Of a stretch of DNA of 64,000 bases, positions 1-10,921 are shown in pieces. The stretch is from Eledone cirrhosa. Its lineage: Eukaryota. The first letter of the stretch is position 1. Each line of letters opens with the position of its first letter. The stretch covers positions 75,640,001 to 75,704,000 of the forward strand of contig OZ024741.1 in assembly GCA_964016885.1 (NCBI GenBank), read 5' to 3'. Under the pieces are notes generated by a model. That model was not told the origin of the DNA, ran no database searches, and saw nothing but the letters and a program-made list of their open reading frames with translations. Made by a program: the position numbers and the translations under genes.

Positions 1-96
1 AATTTAACTGATGAGGAAACTTGATCCTCTTTAATGGGTCCCATTGTATTGTATGGGAAGGAAATTCAACACAGAATATACATCTCTTACATATGC

Positions 97-150
<54 letters not shown>

Positions 151-153
<3 letters not shown>

Positions 154-780
154 CCTGCATGCTCCGATGGATGTGTAACAGTAATATACGTGAACGACAA
201 AGCATAAATGAATTGAGAGAGAGACTGAGCATAAGAGGAATCAAATGCTGTGTGCAGGAGAGGCGGTTGCGCTGGTATGGACATGTGATGCATATGAAGG
301 ATGACAGCTGCATAAAAAGGTGCAGAGCACTAGAAGTCGATGGAAACCGCGGAGTGGGGAGACCCAAGATGACCTGGGATGAGGTGATAAAAGCCGACCT
401 TACCCAATTACACCTCTCAAAGGCAATGACACACGACCGTGACTTCTGGTGTCACGCAGTAATACAGAGTACCCGACCTCTCATGGGTACAAGCTGAAGC
501 ATATAGACAATATGCCCCCACACCCCCCACTGCAAGGTGGTCATGGAGATGCCACGGCAAAAAAGCAGCCAGCCGACACTGTAAAGTGGACGTGTAGGTG
601 CCACGGAAAAAAAGCACCCAGCACTCACTGTAAATGAGGTTGGTGTTAGGAAGGGCATCCAGCTGTAGAAATCAAGCCAAATCAGTTCCTGTATGAGCAA
701 GGCATGGTCAGCCGACCAGACACTGCCCACAACAGGACAACCCGTCTAACCCATGCTAGCGTGGAAGAACGGACGTAAAA
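151..780 (+). mobile_element. RTE-clade LINE (family 2), 5'-truncated 3' fragment
   Basis: ORF 159-497 is an RTE C-terminus (MLRWMC...RRLRWYGHV...GRPK.TW). The 3'UTR matches copies at 52.8-53.1 kb and 63.3-63.6 kb. Starts right after (TA)n. Confidence 0.9.
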
Positions 781-1012
781 TTGAAAAAACAACCGTTTAT
801 TTAAATGATGCTGGGGAGAGATAGGGAAGAAAGAGAGAGAGAAAAAATATTAATATTATGAGATAGAGAGAAGAAATTTACAAGAGGATGAATAAAGCTC
901 ATGTAACATAAATCTTCCCTCTCTCTCCCCAACATCATTTAAATAAACGGTTGTTTTTTCAATTATTTACACATTCATTTGCATATTCACACATAACTTT
1001 GAATAATCCCTA
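779..1012 (+). repeat. Inverted-repeat (hairpin+tail) insert, probably PLE pLTR-derived
   Basis: 781-829 (ttgaaaaaacaaccgtttatttaaatgatgctggggagaga..) is the near-perfect reverse complement of 913-962, followed by an unpaired tail. Confidence 0.6.
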
Positions 1013-1019
1013 ATATGTT

Positions 1020-1294
1020 TCCACTATCCAGTGAATTTCCGACCGATAAGGTATGATTTTCATGGGTACGTCTTTATTTATAAAACAAACTTTGTATTTT
1101 ATCTGATGAAAGCGCACCAAGGTTTGCTTGGTTGCCCTTGAAATATATATAATAAAATAAATATGGTTTTATAAATATAGTTTCCATTTATTTAATATCA
1201 TGGAATATTTACTCCAGTAACTTGTTGAGTGCTCTAAATCAGTTATAAACATTTATGTTTGTCGGACTTCCAACAAATTAAATACAACTTCTAC
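1020..1294 (+). mobile_element. PLE pLTR (family A) with hammerhead ribozyme
   Basis: Homologous to 23746-23943, 57110-57299 and 57560-57830. Contains the HHR, has GAGTGCTC at 1227-1234 and ends in (TA)n. Confidence 0.8.
1095..1159 (+). ncRNA. Minimal type I hammerhead ribozyme
   Basis: tattttat-CTGATGA-aagcgcaccaag/cttggttgccctt-GAAA-tatata-TA-ataaaata. 8-bp stem I, palindromic stem III ATATATAT, AUA cleavage triplet. Confidence 0.8.
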
Positions 1295-1313
1295 ATATAT
1301 ATATATATATATA

Positions 1314-2741
1314 TCATCATCATCATCATCATCATCGTTTAACGTCCGTGTTCCATGCTTGCATGGGTTTGGACGGAGGGTTTTCCCACTTGAGGCAAGA
1401 GTGGTTATCTTGCTCGCATAGGACTATCTGGCGGGTTTTCTACAGCTGGATGCCCTTCCTAACACCAACCACATTTACAGTGTGGGACTGGGAGGTTTTT
1501 ACCGTGTTACCTACACGACCACATTACAGCGTGAACTGTGTGTTTTTTTGACGTGACACCTACACGATCTCATTTGTTTCGGGCTGGATGTTGTGGCACC
1601 AACATAACTTTACATTGAAAGGGGCGGTGTGGATGGGGTGGGGGTGGTGGGACGGGGGTGTATTTTGTTAGAGATGCCTACTGACTGTAGTAGGTTTTAC
1701 TTTGTATTTAGGTAAGGCGGGTCTTCTCTATTACTGAGTACCGCCAAAGGTCTCGGTCCAGTGACATTGTCTTGGTGAGGTGTAAGTGTGTGAGGTCGGA
1801 ATTTATCAGCTCATCCCAGGTTTTTCTGGGTCTGCCTATTCCGTGGCTACCGTCTATCTTTATTGCCCTGCACTTTGTTATACAGCTATCGTCCTTCATG
1901 CGCATCACGTTACCATACCAACGTAGCCTTCTCTCGAGTAAACAACATCTGATCTCTCTTATTTCTAATTTTTTCCTTAGTTCGTTTATGCTTTGCCGTT
2001 CACGTATATTACTATTACACATCCAGCGGAGCATGCAAGCTTCGTTTCTCTCTAGTCTGCGTATATCCTCTGCACACAATGCCCAGGTCTCACTGCCATG
2101 CAACATTGCTGTTCGTATGCAGGCATCGTACAACCTGCCTTTCATTTTTAGGGAGAACCCTTTAGCGGCTAATAGTGGTATGAGCTCTCTGAACTTTTTC
2201 CACCCAGTTCTGACTCTAGCTACTGTACTTTCAGAGCACCCTCCCCCACTGCTGATTTTGTCACCCAGGTAACGGAAGCTGTCCACTATTTCTATAGAAC
2301 CCTCTGCGCAGTTGAAAGAGCTAGTATTTTGTGGGCACTTGCTGCTACTTATTGCCCCAGAACACCGGCCACATGTAAAATCTATGTTCTTAGTTAGCTT
2401 ACCTGTGATCCCACTACATCTTTTATGCACCCAAACTTTGCATTTGGGACACAAAATGGAGTTTCTACCTACGCCTTTCCTACACTCTGAGCATGGCCAC
2501 TTCCCGGAGGGGACCGCCGCCTTATTTTCTTTCTTACAAACTAGAACTTTAGTCTTAGCCAGGTTAATTTTAAGGCCTTTTGATTCTAGGCCGTGCTTCC
2601 ATGTTTGGAATTTCTTCTCTAGCTCGGCCATTGTTTCAGCTATGAGCGTTAGATCATCTGCGTATAGGAGTTCCCATGGGCAGCCGGTCTTGAACTCCAC
2701 TGTTATAGCCTGGAGGGCAATAATAAATAGTAGGGGGCTAA
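1314..2741 (-). mobile_element. RTE-clade LINE (family 1), 5'-truncated
   Basis: ORF 1708-2741 has LSPLLF..LLYADD..PHD-like finger..RRLRWYG. (CAT)n on + is the (GAT)n tail. Both ends abut (TA)n. Confidence 0.95.
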
Positions 2742-3124
2742 GATATATATATATATATATGCATATAGGTGTGTGTATATAAATACATATAGAGATAGCA
2801 TACATAGATGCACCTATTTTGCCACTGTGATTGGCAAATTGCAAATTGCATTTATTAGTGCAGTCTGTACTTGCAGAACCCTGGGTCTGAGGCAGAACCA
2901 TATGCAACCATTCCATTACAAATATACATTTTGTTAGCACTGCGGGAAGTTAGCTCGCTTATATGTTCAAACCATATCATTGAGTGGGTAATTGTGAGCA
3001 ATCGAGATGATAGCGAATATATTTCCTATAACCTCACTACTTAGACTGTTTTTTCTCCCACTTTACAGAACAGCTGGAAATGTGAGTAAATGGTATTATC
3101 ATTATTATAATATTATAATATCCA

Positions 3125-3312
3125 GGCGGTGGATTGGCAGTATCGGTAGAGGGTCGGACACCATGCTTTGAAGTATAGAGTTACCTCCCTGTATGATCTG
3201 AGTTCAAATCCCGCCGAGGTTAACTTTGCCTTTCATCCTTACGGGGTTGATAAAATGAAGTACCAGTAATGCACTGGATAATTGCTGGCCTTGTGCCAAA
3301 AAGTAGAAACAA
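3125..3312 (+). mobile_element. tRNA-derived SINE (Meta-domain-like)
   Basis: Box B gagttcaaatccc followed by gccgaggttaactttgcctttcatccttacggggttgataaaa..gtacc and an (ATT)n tail. Other copies at 15377, 19592, 30392 and 49190. Confidence 0.85.
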
Positions 3313-3564
3313 TTATTATAATATCTTCATATTCCTTTGAAATTCTTTTTTTTTTTTTTTTAACTGGCTGAGATCTATAACAGCAATTAATTCAAAATAT
3401 ATTTCATTTTGATTTTGCTGCCAGCACAGTCCCTAGGCAAACAACAAGTCATTCTTCCATGCCTGACGTCACTATTTGCTGCCAATGGCCATAGCCATTG
3501 TAGTAGTAATTTCTCAGTGCTCAGACTGGACAGATCACTTTGCATCATTTTCTGTTTTAGTTCT

Positions 3565-3687
3565 ATCCGCTGATGAAGCAATGCAGGGATGGCACGCATA
3601 GACACACCTATTCTGCCACTGTGATAAGCAAATTACAAATTGCATTTGTCAATGCAGTCAGAACTTGGAGAAACCCTGGGTCCAGGT
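3565..3687 (+). ncRNA. Hammerhead ribozyme with ~93-nt branched stem II
   Basis: atccg-CTGATGA(3570-76)-agcaa..[two internal hairpins]..ttgga-GAAA(3670-73)-ccctggg-TC-caggt. The upstream repeat copy reads ttgca-GAA-ccctggg-TC, supporting a gcaa/ttgc stem II base. Confidence 0.65.
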
Positions 3688-3842
3688 CTGAACAATGTGC
3701 AACTGCTCCATTACAAATATACATTTTGTTAGCACTCTGAGAGAAGTTAGCTCGCTTATATGTTCAAACTATATCTCACGGAGTGAGCAATCGAGATTAT
3801 AGCTAATATATTTCCTATAACCTCCCTACTTAAACTATATGC

Positions 3843-3878
<36 letters not shown>

Positions 3879-3879
<1 letters not shown>

Positions 3880-5628
3880 AAGTAATAGCGCAACTAATCA
3901 GAGAGAGAATTGACCTAGATGAAATGCAGTTCGGGTTTGTGTCAGGCAAAAGTACCACAGACGCTCTTTTCATAGTACGACAACTACAGGAGAAGTACCT
4001 AGCTAAAGGTAAACCCCTCTACTTAGCTTTTGTCGACTTGGAGAAAGCCTTCGACAGAGTCCCCCGCTCCATTATCTGGTGGGCTCTTAGAAAACTAGGC
4101 GTTGACGAATGGCTTGTGAGGGCTATACAAGCCATGTATAAAGAAACAGTCAGCAAGGTTAGAATTAACAACGAATATAGTGAAGAGTTTAGCGTAAAAG
4201 TTGGCGTCCATCAAGGCTCTGTTCTCAGCCCCCTACTATTTATTATTGCCCTTCAGGCTATAACAGAGGAGTTCAAGACAGGCTGCCCATGGGAACTCCT
4301 ATACGCAGACGACCTGACACTCATAGCGGAATCAATGGCCGAGCTAGAGAAGAAATTCCAAACATGGAAGCACGGCCTAGAGTCAAAAGGACTTAAAATT
4401 AACCTGGCTAAGACCAAAGTTCTAGTTTGTAGGAAAGAAAACAAGGCGGCGGTCCCTTCTGGGAAATGGTCGTGCTCGGTGTGTAGGAAAGGCGTAGGTA
4501 GAAACTCCATTTTGTGTCCTAAATGCAAAGTATGGGTGCATAAAAGATGTAGTGGGATCACAGGTAAGCTAACTAAGAACATAGATTTTACATGTGGCCG
4601 GTGTTCTGGTGCAATAAGTAGCAGCAAGTGCCCACACAATACTAGCTCTTTCAATTGCGCAGAGGGTTCTATAGAAATAGTGGACAGCTTCCGTTACCTG
4701 GGCGATAAAATCAGCAGTGGGGGAGGGTGCTCTGAAAGTACTGTAGCTAGAGTCAGAACTGGTTGGAAAAAGTTCAGAGAGCTTATACCACTATTAGCTG
4801 CTAAAGGGTTCTCCCTAAAAATGAAAGGCAGGTTGTACGATGCCTGCATACGAACAGCAATGTTGCATGGCAGTGAGACCTGGGCATTGTGTGCAGAGGA
4901 TATACGCAGACTAGAGAGGAACGAAGCTTGCATGCTCCGCTGGATGTGTAACAGTAATATACGTGAACGGCAAAGCATAAACGAACTAAGGAAAAAATTA
5001 GAGATAAGAGGGATCAGATGTTGTTTACTCGAGAGAAGGCTACGTTGGTATGGACACGTGATGCGCATGAAAGTCGATAGCTGTATAACAAAGTGCAGGG
5101 CAATAAAGATAGACGGTAGCCACGGAATAGGCAGACCTAGAAAAACCTGGGACGAGCTGATAAACTCCGACCTCACACACTTACACCTCTCCAAGACAAT
5201 GTCACTGGACCGAGACCTTTGGCGGTACTCAGTAACAGAGAAGACCCGCCTTGCCAGTAGGCATCTCTAACAAAATACACCCCGTCCCACCACCACCACC
5301 CCCACCCCATCCACACCACCCCGTCCTATGTAAAGTTATGTTGGTGCCGCGCCATCCGGGCCGAAACAAATGAGATCGTGTAGGTGTCACGACAAAAAAA
5401 CACACAGTCCACGCTGTAATGTGGCCGTGTAGGCAACACGGTAAAAACCTCCCAGACCCACACTGTAAATGTGGTTGGTGTTAGGAAGGGCATCCAACTG
5501 TAGAAAACCTGCCAGACAGTCCTATGCGAGCAAGACAATCACTCTTGCCTCAAGTGGGACTACCCCCGTCCAAACCCATGCAAGCGTGGAACACGGACGT
5601 TAAACGTTGATGATGATGATGATGATGA

Positions 5629-5632
<4 letters not shown>
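3879..5632 (+). mobile_element. RTE-clade LINE (family 1), 5'-truncated, RT half intact
   Basis: ORF 3924-5270 (QFGF..DLEKAFD..GVHQGSVLSP..YADD), 3'UTR, (GAT)n tail and (TA)n flanks. Confidence 0.95.
3924..5270 (+). CDS. RTE reverse transcriptase (partial ORF)
   Basis: Uninterrupted RT motifs, nearly identical to the C-terminal half of ORF 59240-62215. Confidence 0.85.
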   Translation: MQFGFVSGKSTTDALFIVRQLQEKYLAKGKPLYLAFVDLEKAFDRVPRSIIWWALRKLGVDEWLVRAIQAMYKETVSKVRINNEYSEEFSVKVGVHQGSVLSPLLFIIALQAITEEFKTGCPWELLYADDLTLIAESMAELEKKFQTWKHGLESKGLKINLAKTKVLVCRKENKAAVPSGKWSCSVCRKGVGRNSILCPKCKVWVHKRCSGITGKLTKNIDFTCGRCSGAISSSKCPHNTSSFNCAEGSIEIVDSFRYLGDKISSGGGCSESTVARVRTGWKKFRELIPLLAAKGFSLKMKGRLYDACIRTAMLHGSETWALCAEDIRRLERNEACMLRWMCNSNIRERQSINELRKKLEIRGIRCCLLERRLRWYGHVMRMKVDSCITKCRAIKIDGSHGIGRPRKTWDELINSDLTHLHLSKTMSLDRDLWRYSVTEKTRLASRHL

Positions 5633-5660
<28 letters not shown>

Positions 5661-5662
<2 letters not shown>

Positions 5663-6372
5663 TCATCATCATTTTACATCCACTTTTCCTTGCTTGCAAG
5701 CATGGGACAGGTCCTCTTCAACACAGCATCTCTCCATTCGTCACGCTCTTTTGTCATCTCTTCTGTGAGCTTCAGCGATCTGAGGTCAGCTCTCACCACC
5801 TCCGCTCATGTTTGTTGTGGTCTTCCTCTACTGCGTCTTCCTTCCACTGGGCATTTCTTTACCCAGCGGTCATCTTCCATGCGCATCACATGGCCATACC
5901 AACACAGTCTTCTCTCCCGCACACTACAACTTATCCCTCTTATACACAGTTTCACTCTCAACTCATCAATGCTTGGTCGTTCACACACATTGATATTGCA
6001 CATTCATTGGAGCATGCTTACTTCATTTCTCTCCAGCCTTCGCATATCCTCCACAGTTGCTGCCCATGTCTCATTACCATGCAGCATCGCACATCTCACA
6101 CAGGCATCATACAACCAATCTTTCATTCGTAGGGAGAAACCCTTCTTTGTCCACAGAGGAAGCAGCTCCCTAAACTCCTTCCATTCTGTCCTCATTCTAG
6201 ATACTATGGCCTCGGAGCATCTCCTCCCTTTCTAATCTGATCACCTAGATATCAGAAGCTATCAATCACCTCTATAGATCCTACCTGCGTTTGAAAAATG
6301 TGTCTATCACTGACACTTCTACTATCAGTTTTCCCTGAACATTTACTACATATGAAGTTTTCCTTCCCTAAT
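5661..6372 (-). pseudogene. RTE-clade LINE (family 3) 3' fragment, degenerate
   Basis: Frameshifted ORFs 6004-6195 and 5806-6003 (LYDACVRCAMLHG.ETW..RRL.WYGHV). Homologous to 25595 and 55938. Confidence 0.85.
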
Positions 6373-6640
6373 ATTTTGTTTTTGAATTTGTTTTTCTGAA
6401 AACGTGGATTGAAACAGATATTGTTATACTTTGGGAGGGTCATGCTGCCAATATAAACACACACACCTGTTAGTTTTCACTTCAATTTATTACAAATTTC
6501 CAGTTGGCTGGTTCAATATTCAGATGGTTGTTCATATATTGTCAAAGCTCTTTCATCACACATTCTGTGACATCCTCAGTGACTGATTTCTTATTTTGTG
6601 TCTCTCCTTTATTCTGTCATACACCATCTTGTTTTTGAGT
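6371..6640 (-). mobile_element. Solo pLTR of the PLE at 26749-28827, with degenerate HHR
   Basis: Matches 26750-27005 and the tail at 28760-28827. Minus strand reads gtca-CTGAGGA-tgtcacagaatgtgtgat-GAAA-gagctt-tgac. Confidence 0.8.
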
Positions 6641-6689
6641 CTTGACAACACAATTTTAACAGACAATGTGCACCTGCAAAAAATTATTG

Positions 6690-7421
6690 CAAAAGTAGTG
6701 CCAGTTGGATATTTGTCAGGATTTGCTTGAAAAACTCAAAATTGAGCCAAGTTTCTTGGATAAAGTAATAACAGGAGATGAATCATGGATGTTCCATTGA
6801 CAAAACAGCAAAGTGAGGAATGGCACACGAAAAATTCTCTTTGTCCAAAGAAAGTACGCATGAGCAGATACAGGATAAAAACAATGATTATCTTTTTTTT
6901 TTCGACAGTCGTGGTATTGTTCACAAAGAATTTTTACCTCCAGGACAGACAGTTAATTGAACCTTCTACAAAATGTCTTAGAACGACTTTGAAAACGGGT
7001 CCAGTGAGTCTGAAAGGAGATTGCAGGAGATTGGGTGCTGCACCATAATAACATACCTGCTCACACAGAGGATTTATGGCTCAATTAGAGGATTTATGGC
7101 AAAAATATTCCCACCTTTCCACATCCTCCCTACAGCCCAGATCGAGCTCACTGTGATTTCTGCCTCTTCCCTAAGTTGAAATCGAAGTTGAAGGATCATC
7201 ATTTTAGGACTGTGGAAAACTTACGAAAAAATTGTAAACAGCAAGCTAAGGACACTCACTTAAAATGACTTTGGGTACTACTACAATCAATGGAAGAAAG
7301 GTTGGAACGACTGTGTGACTTTCCAAGGGTAGTATTTTGAAGGAGATAACTTGTAATTTCATGTACATCCAATATACATTTAAATATAACTTCAGTATAC
7401 TTACTTTGGAGACAAACCTCG
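6690..7421 (+). pseudogene. mariner transposase remnant (3' part)
   Basis: Frameshifted motifs ITGDESW, QSEEW..PKK, KTMIIFFFD, LHHNN.PAH, HPPYSPD..CDF.LFPKLK, YFEGD. Ends in acctcg (TIR-like). Confidence 0.9.
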
Positions 7422-7694
7422 CACAGGTGTGTGAGTGTGTGTGTGTGTGCATGTGTGTGTATGTGTGTGGGGGGGGGTGATAACCTCCATTGGTATGCAC
7501 CTGGGGCTCCACTCATTCCTACAAAATCATGCAATAAAGTAGAAATATGATATAAAAGCAGAGGAAGGAATATATATGGATATGGTAAAATATATTTAGT
7601 TAGGAAAACCACAGAGAAAACAATTCGTATGACAGGGTGGATAAAACTATTAAAATATTAAAATAGAAAAGTTAGTTTATGTATATATTTGCTT

Positions 7695-7965
7695 ATACGT
7701 GTATGTATGTATGTGTGTATGTGATTATGTACATGTGTGTAGGTACATATGTGTAATAGTGTGTGTGTTGTATGTGAATGTATGTAGGTGTGCATGTGCA
7801 TGCTTGTATGTATCTGTGTGTATGTGCATGTGTGTGTTTATATATATATGTCTGTGTGCATTGGGTGTGCATGTGTGAATGTGTGTTTTGCATGTGTGTG
7901 CATGTGTGTTATGTGTATGTATGTGTGTGTACAGGCAGGCATGTGTGTACATGTGTGTGTGTGCA
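7695..7965. repeat. Degenerate (TG)n/(TATG)n microsatellite
   Basis: Seen directly. The overlapping ORFs are spurious. Confidence 0.95.
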
Positions 7966-8324
7966 TATCTGGTCTATGATTCAGCTTTCATTCCATATGC
8001 ATTTCAAATTTTCTATAAGTGGTGAAGAAAACATTATGCCTGGCTATAAATTCCAGTGACATTTACAATCTGCTCTTTGGTATTTCAACATGAAATTCAA
8101 AATATTGATGTTTTAACATTATTTATAAAATACTACAAAATATTTGGTGAGAGTTTAAGAGCCGGATGTAACCAATCATCAAATTGGGTCCATCAAACAT
8201 ACTCTGTTCTGGCTTGGAACTAACTTGTTTCAGGGTAAAACGTCATGAATGTCACATCTCTCAATGACTCATTTCAGTCAGCTTTACAATTCTTTTGAAA
8301 AATAGGTTCATAGATTGGGTATAT

Positions 8325-8780
8325 AGGTAGTGAAATGATAGAATTGTTAGAGAATCGAATTAAAAGCTTTCATATTTGTTCCAGCTCACAATGTTCTGTG
8401 TTCAAATCCTGCAAAAGTCAATTTTGTTTTTCATCCTTTCATTAAATTACTGGAGTTGATATAATTGACTTTCTCCTCCCTACAAATTGCTGGCCTTGGA
8501 AAACATTATTTATATGTTTTATATCTTCATGCTTTTAAGTATCTTCTTTTATGGTGACAAATTGACAGACATTAGAATGCCCAGGTTAAATGCTTTGGTA
8601 TTTTATCCAGCTCGGTGTTCAAATCCTGATAATGTCTATTTGTCTTTTATCTTTTTGTGATCGATAAATCAAATACCAGGTCAAAATTAGCAGTAGATTG
8701 GTGGAACGGTTAAAAAATCAGACAGGTTGCTTTGTGATTTCTGATCCAGCTCTGTCCATTGTGAGTTCAAATCCCACCTC
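8325..8780 (+). mobile_element. Cluster of three old tRNA-SINE remnants
   Basis: Repeated gttcaaatcc box B with decayed ..ttttcatcct..gataaa..tacc and aattgctggcctt motifs. Confidence 0.6.
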
Positions 8781-8939
8781 TTTCTGCTAGATGTTGTAAC
8801 TAACAGATAGTATCAGCATGCAGTAGAAGTGGCGATTTATTGCAGTAAAAGCAGCCATTAGAAAAAGCTATGATGATGTCAAGGCCTTGTCAATGCTTAC
8901 CCTTCATAAAAGGTTGGATGAAACAACAGCAACACCAAA

Positions 8940-10015
8940 TATCATCATCATCATCATCATCAACGTTTAACGTCCGTGTTCCACGCTTGCATGGGTTTGG
9001 ATGGGGGTTTTCCCACTTGAGGCAAGAGTGGTTGTCTTGCTCGCATAGGACTGTCTGGCGGGTTTTCTACAGTTGGATGCCCTTCCTAACACCAACCACA
9101 TTTACAGTGTGGGGCTGGGAGGTTTTTACCATGTTACCTACACGGCCACATTACAGCGTGGACTGTGTGTTTTTTTGTCGTGACACCTACACGACCTCAT
9201 TTGTTTCGGCCTGGATGTTGTGGCACCAACATAACTTTACATTGAAAGGGGCGGTGTGGATGGGGTGGGGGTGGTGGGACAGGGGTGTGTTTTGTTAGAG
9301 ATGCCTACTGACTGTAGTAGGTTTTACTTTGTATTTAGGTAAGGCGCGTCTTCTCTATTACTGAGTACCGCCAAAGGTCTCGGTCCAGTGACATTGTCTT
9401 GGAGAGGTGTAAGTGTGTAAGGTCGGAATTTATCAAGTCGTCCCAGGTTTTTCTGGGTCTGCCTACTCCGTAGCTACCGTCTATCTTTATTGCCCTGCAC
9501 TTTGTTATACAGCTGTCGTCTTTCATGCACATCACGTGACCATACCAACGTAGCCTTCTCTCGAGTAAACAACATCTGATCCCTCTTATTTCTAATTTTT
9601 TCCTTAGTTCGCTTATGCTTTGCTGTTCACGTATGTTACTATTACACATCCAGCAGAGCATGCAAGCTTCGTTCCTCTCTAGTCTGCGTATATCCTCTGC
9701 ACACAATGCCCAGGTCTCACTGCCATGCAACATTGCTGTTCGTATGCAGGCATCATACAACCTGCCTTTCATTCTTAGGGAGAACCCTTTAGCGGCTAAT
9801 AGTGGTATAAGCTCTCTGAACTTTTTCCAACCAGTTCTGACTCTAGCTACTGTACTTTCAGAGCACCCTCCCCCACTGCTGATTTTGTCACCCAGGTAAC
9901 GGAAGCTGTCCACTATTTCTATAGAACCCTTTGCGCAATTGAAAGAGCTAGTATTTTGTGGGTACTTGCTGCTACTTATTGCACCAGAGCACCGGCCACA
10001 TGTAAAATCTATGTT
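8940..10015 (-). mobile_element. RTE-clade LINE (family 1), 5'-truncated
   Basis: ORF 9335-9913, 3'UTR and (CAT)n tail on +, 5' end at (TA)n. Confidence 0.95.
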
Positions 10016-10038
10016 ATATATATATATATATATATGTA

Positions 10039-10318
10039 ATTATAATGAAATGACAGGAGGCTGGATTTGTGTAAATCCTTGAAAGGTTTATTATACTATG
10101 ATCATTTCAATGATCATAGTATAATAAACCTTTCAAGGATTTACACAAATCCAGCCTCCTTTCATTTCATTATAATATTTAACTCCGTAATAGCACCACC
10201 AACTACAAAAACAAAGACGGTTGAACTGCCTTACGTTGAGTACTCTCTATATTATTACATTACGATTGACCATACGGAATAGACCAGCTCTATACAGTGG
10301 TGAACCTCAAACCTGAAT
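10039..10318 (+). mobile_element. Hairpin+tail PLE insert (family B)
   Basis: ~70-bp arms (10039-10108 / 10110-10176). The apex carries the HHR 3' half GAAA-tgatca-TA. Tail has GAGTACTC at 10238-45. Homologous to 39576-39960. Confidence 0.8.
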
Positions 10319-10340
10319 ATATATATATATATATATATAT

Positions 10341-10670
10341 ATAAGGAAAAAAGATGAAATCGAAAATGCAACTGGAGTCTTTTTTTTTTAAATATATTTA
10401 TTTGGTTCCTTTACCGGTTTTGCAGTTCTTGTGCTTTTCAAAAGTAGAATTGAGATGGAGGCTTTATGGTTTTTCTCCACAAACCCTCCATTTCAATTCT
10501 ACTTTTGAAAAGCACAAGAACTGCGAAAATGGTAAAAGAACCAAATAAATATATTTTTTTTTAAAAAGACTCCAGTTGCATTTTCGATTTCATCTTTTTT
10601 CCTTATACTTTCACTCGTGTAGCACACCTCGTTTTTTTTTCATTTTGTAAAAAAACCTCACTTTCTAAAA
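10341..10670 (+). mobile_element. Hairpin+tail PLE insert (family C) with U3-A8 variant HHR
   Basis: ~120-bp arms and ~60-nt tail. Arm consensus ctt-TTGAAAA-gca-caagaac-tgc-GAAA-ccgg-TA-aag. Confidence 0.75.
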
Positions 10671-10682
10671 TATATATATATA

Positions 10683-10921
10683 TAGGAAAATGTATGACCC
10701 CGACGGCAGAGCTCAAGCCGTTTCGATGGCTATTCCTGGACTAAATGAGAGTTTTTAGCCAGGCTAAAAATTCTCATTTAGTCCAGAAATAGCCGTCAAA
10801 ACGGCTTGAGCTCTTCTGTCGGGGTCATACATTTTCCTATTACCCACTCTACTACCCTAAGTATTGAGTGAGTACTCTGGTGCGTTATGGTCCATCTGGT
10901 TCCTTACCACAACTCCTTTGT

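Larger units (their letters stand above)
2797..3837 (+). mobile_element. Non-coding direct-repeat-flanked PLE/retrozyme-like element I with expanded HHR
   Basis: Diverged ~250-bp direct repeats at 2797-3046 and 3592-3837, HHR at 3565-3687, no ORF, SINE inserted in the body, TA-rich flanks. Confidence 0.7.

Noticed and set aside
8-70. CTGATGA at the window start (also 14748-14754 minus and 39743)
   Set aside because: No compatible stem II / GAAA / UH arrangement found.
1772-2782. Recurrent 130-170-aa ORFs antisense to the RTE RT (also 4253-5194 and 59304-60245)
   Set aside because: Shadow frames repeated only because the RTE copies are near-identical.
2742-2940. N-terminal extension of the 410-aa ORF
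   Set aside because: Chance read-through from flanking sequence across (TA)n into a truncated RTE.
3125-3215. tRNA-like box A/B sequences
   Set aside because: They are SINE heads with no complete cloverleaf. The 46229-46246 tRNA match is a primer-binding site.
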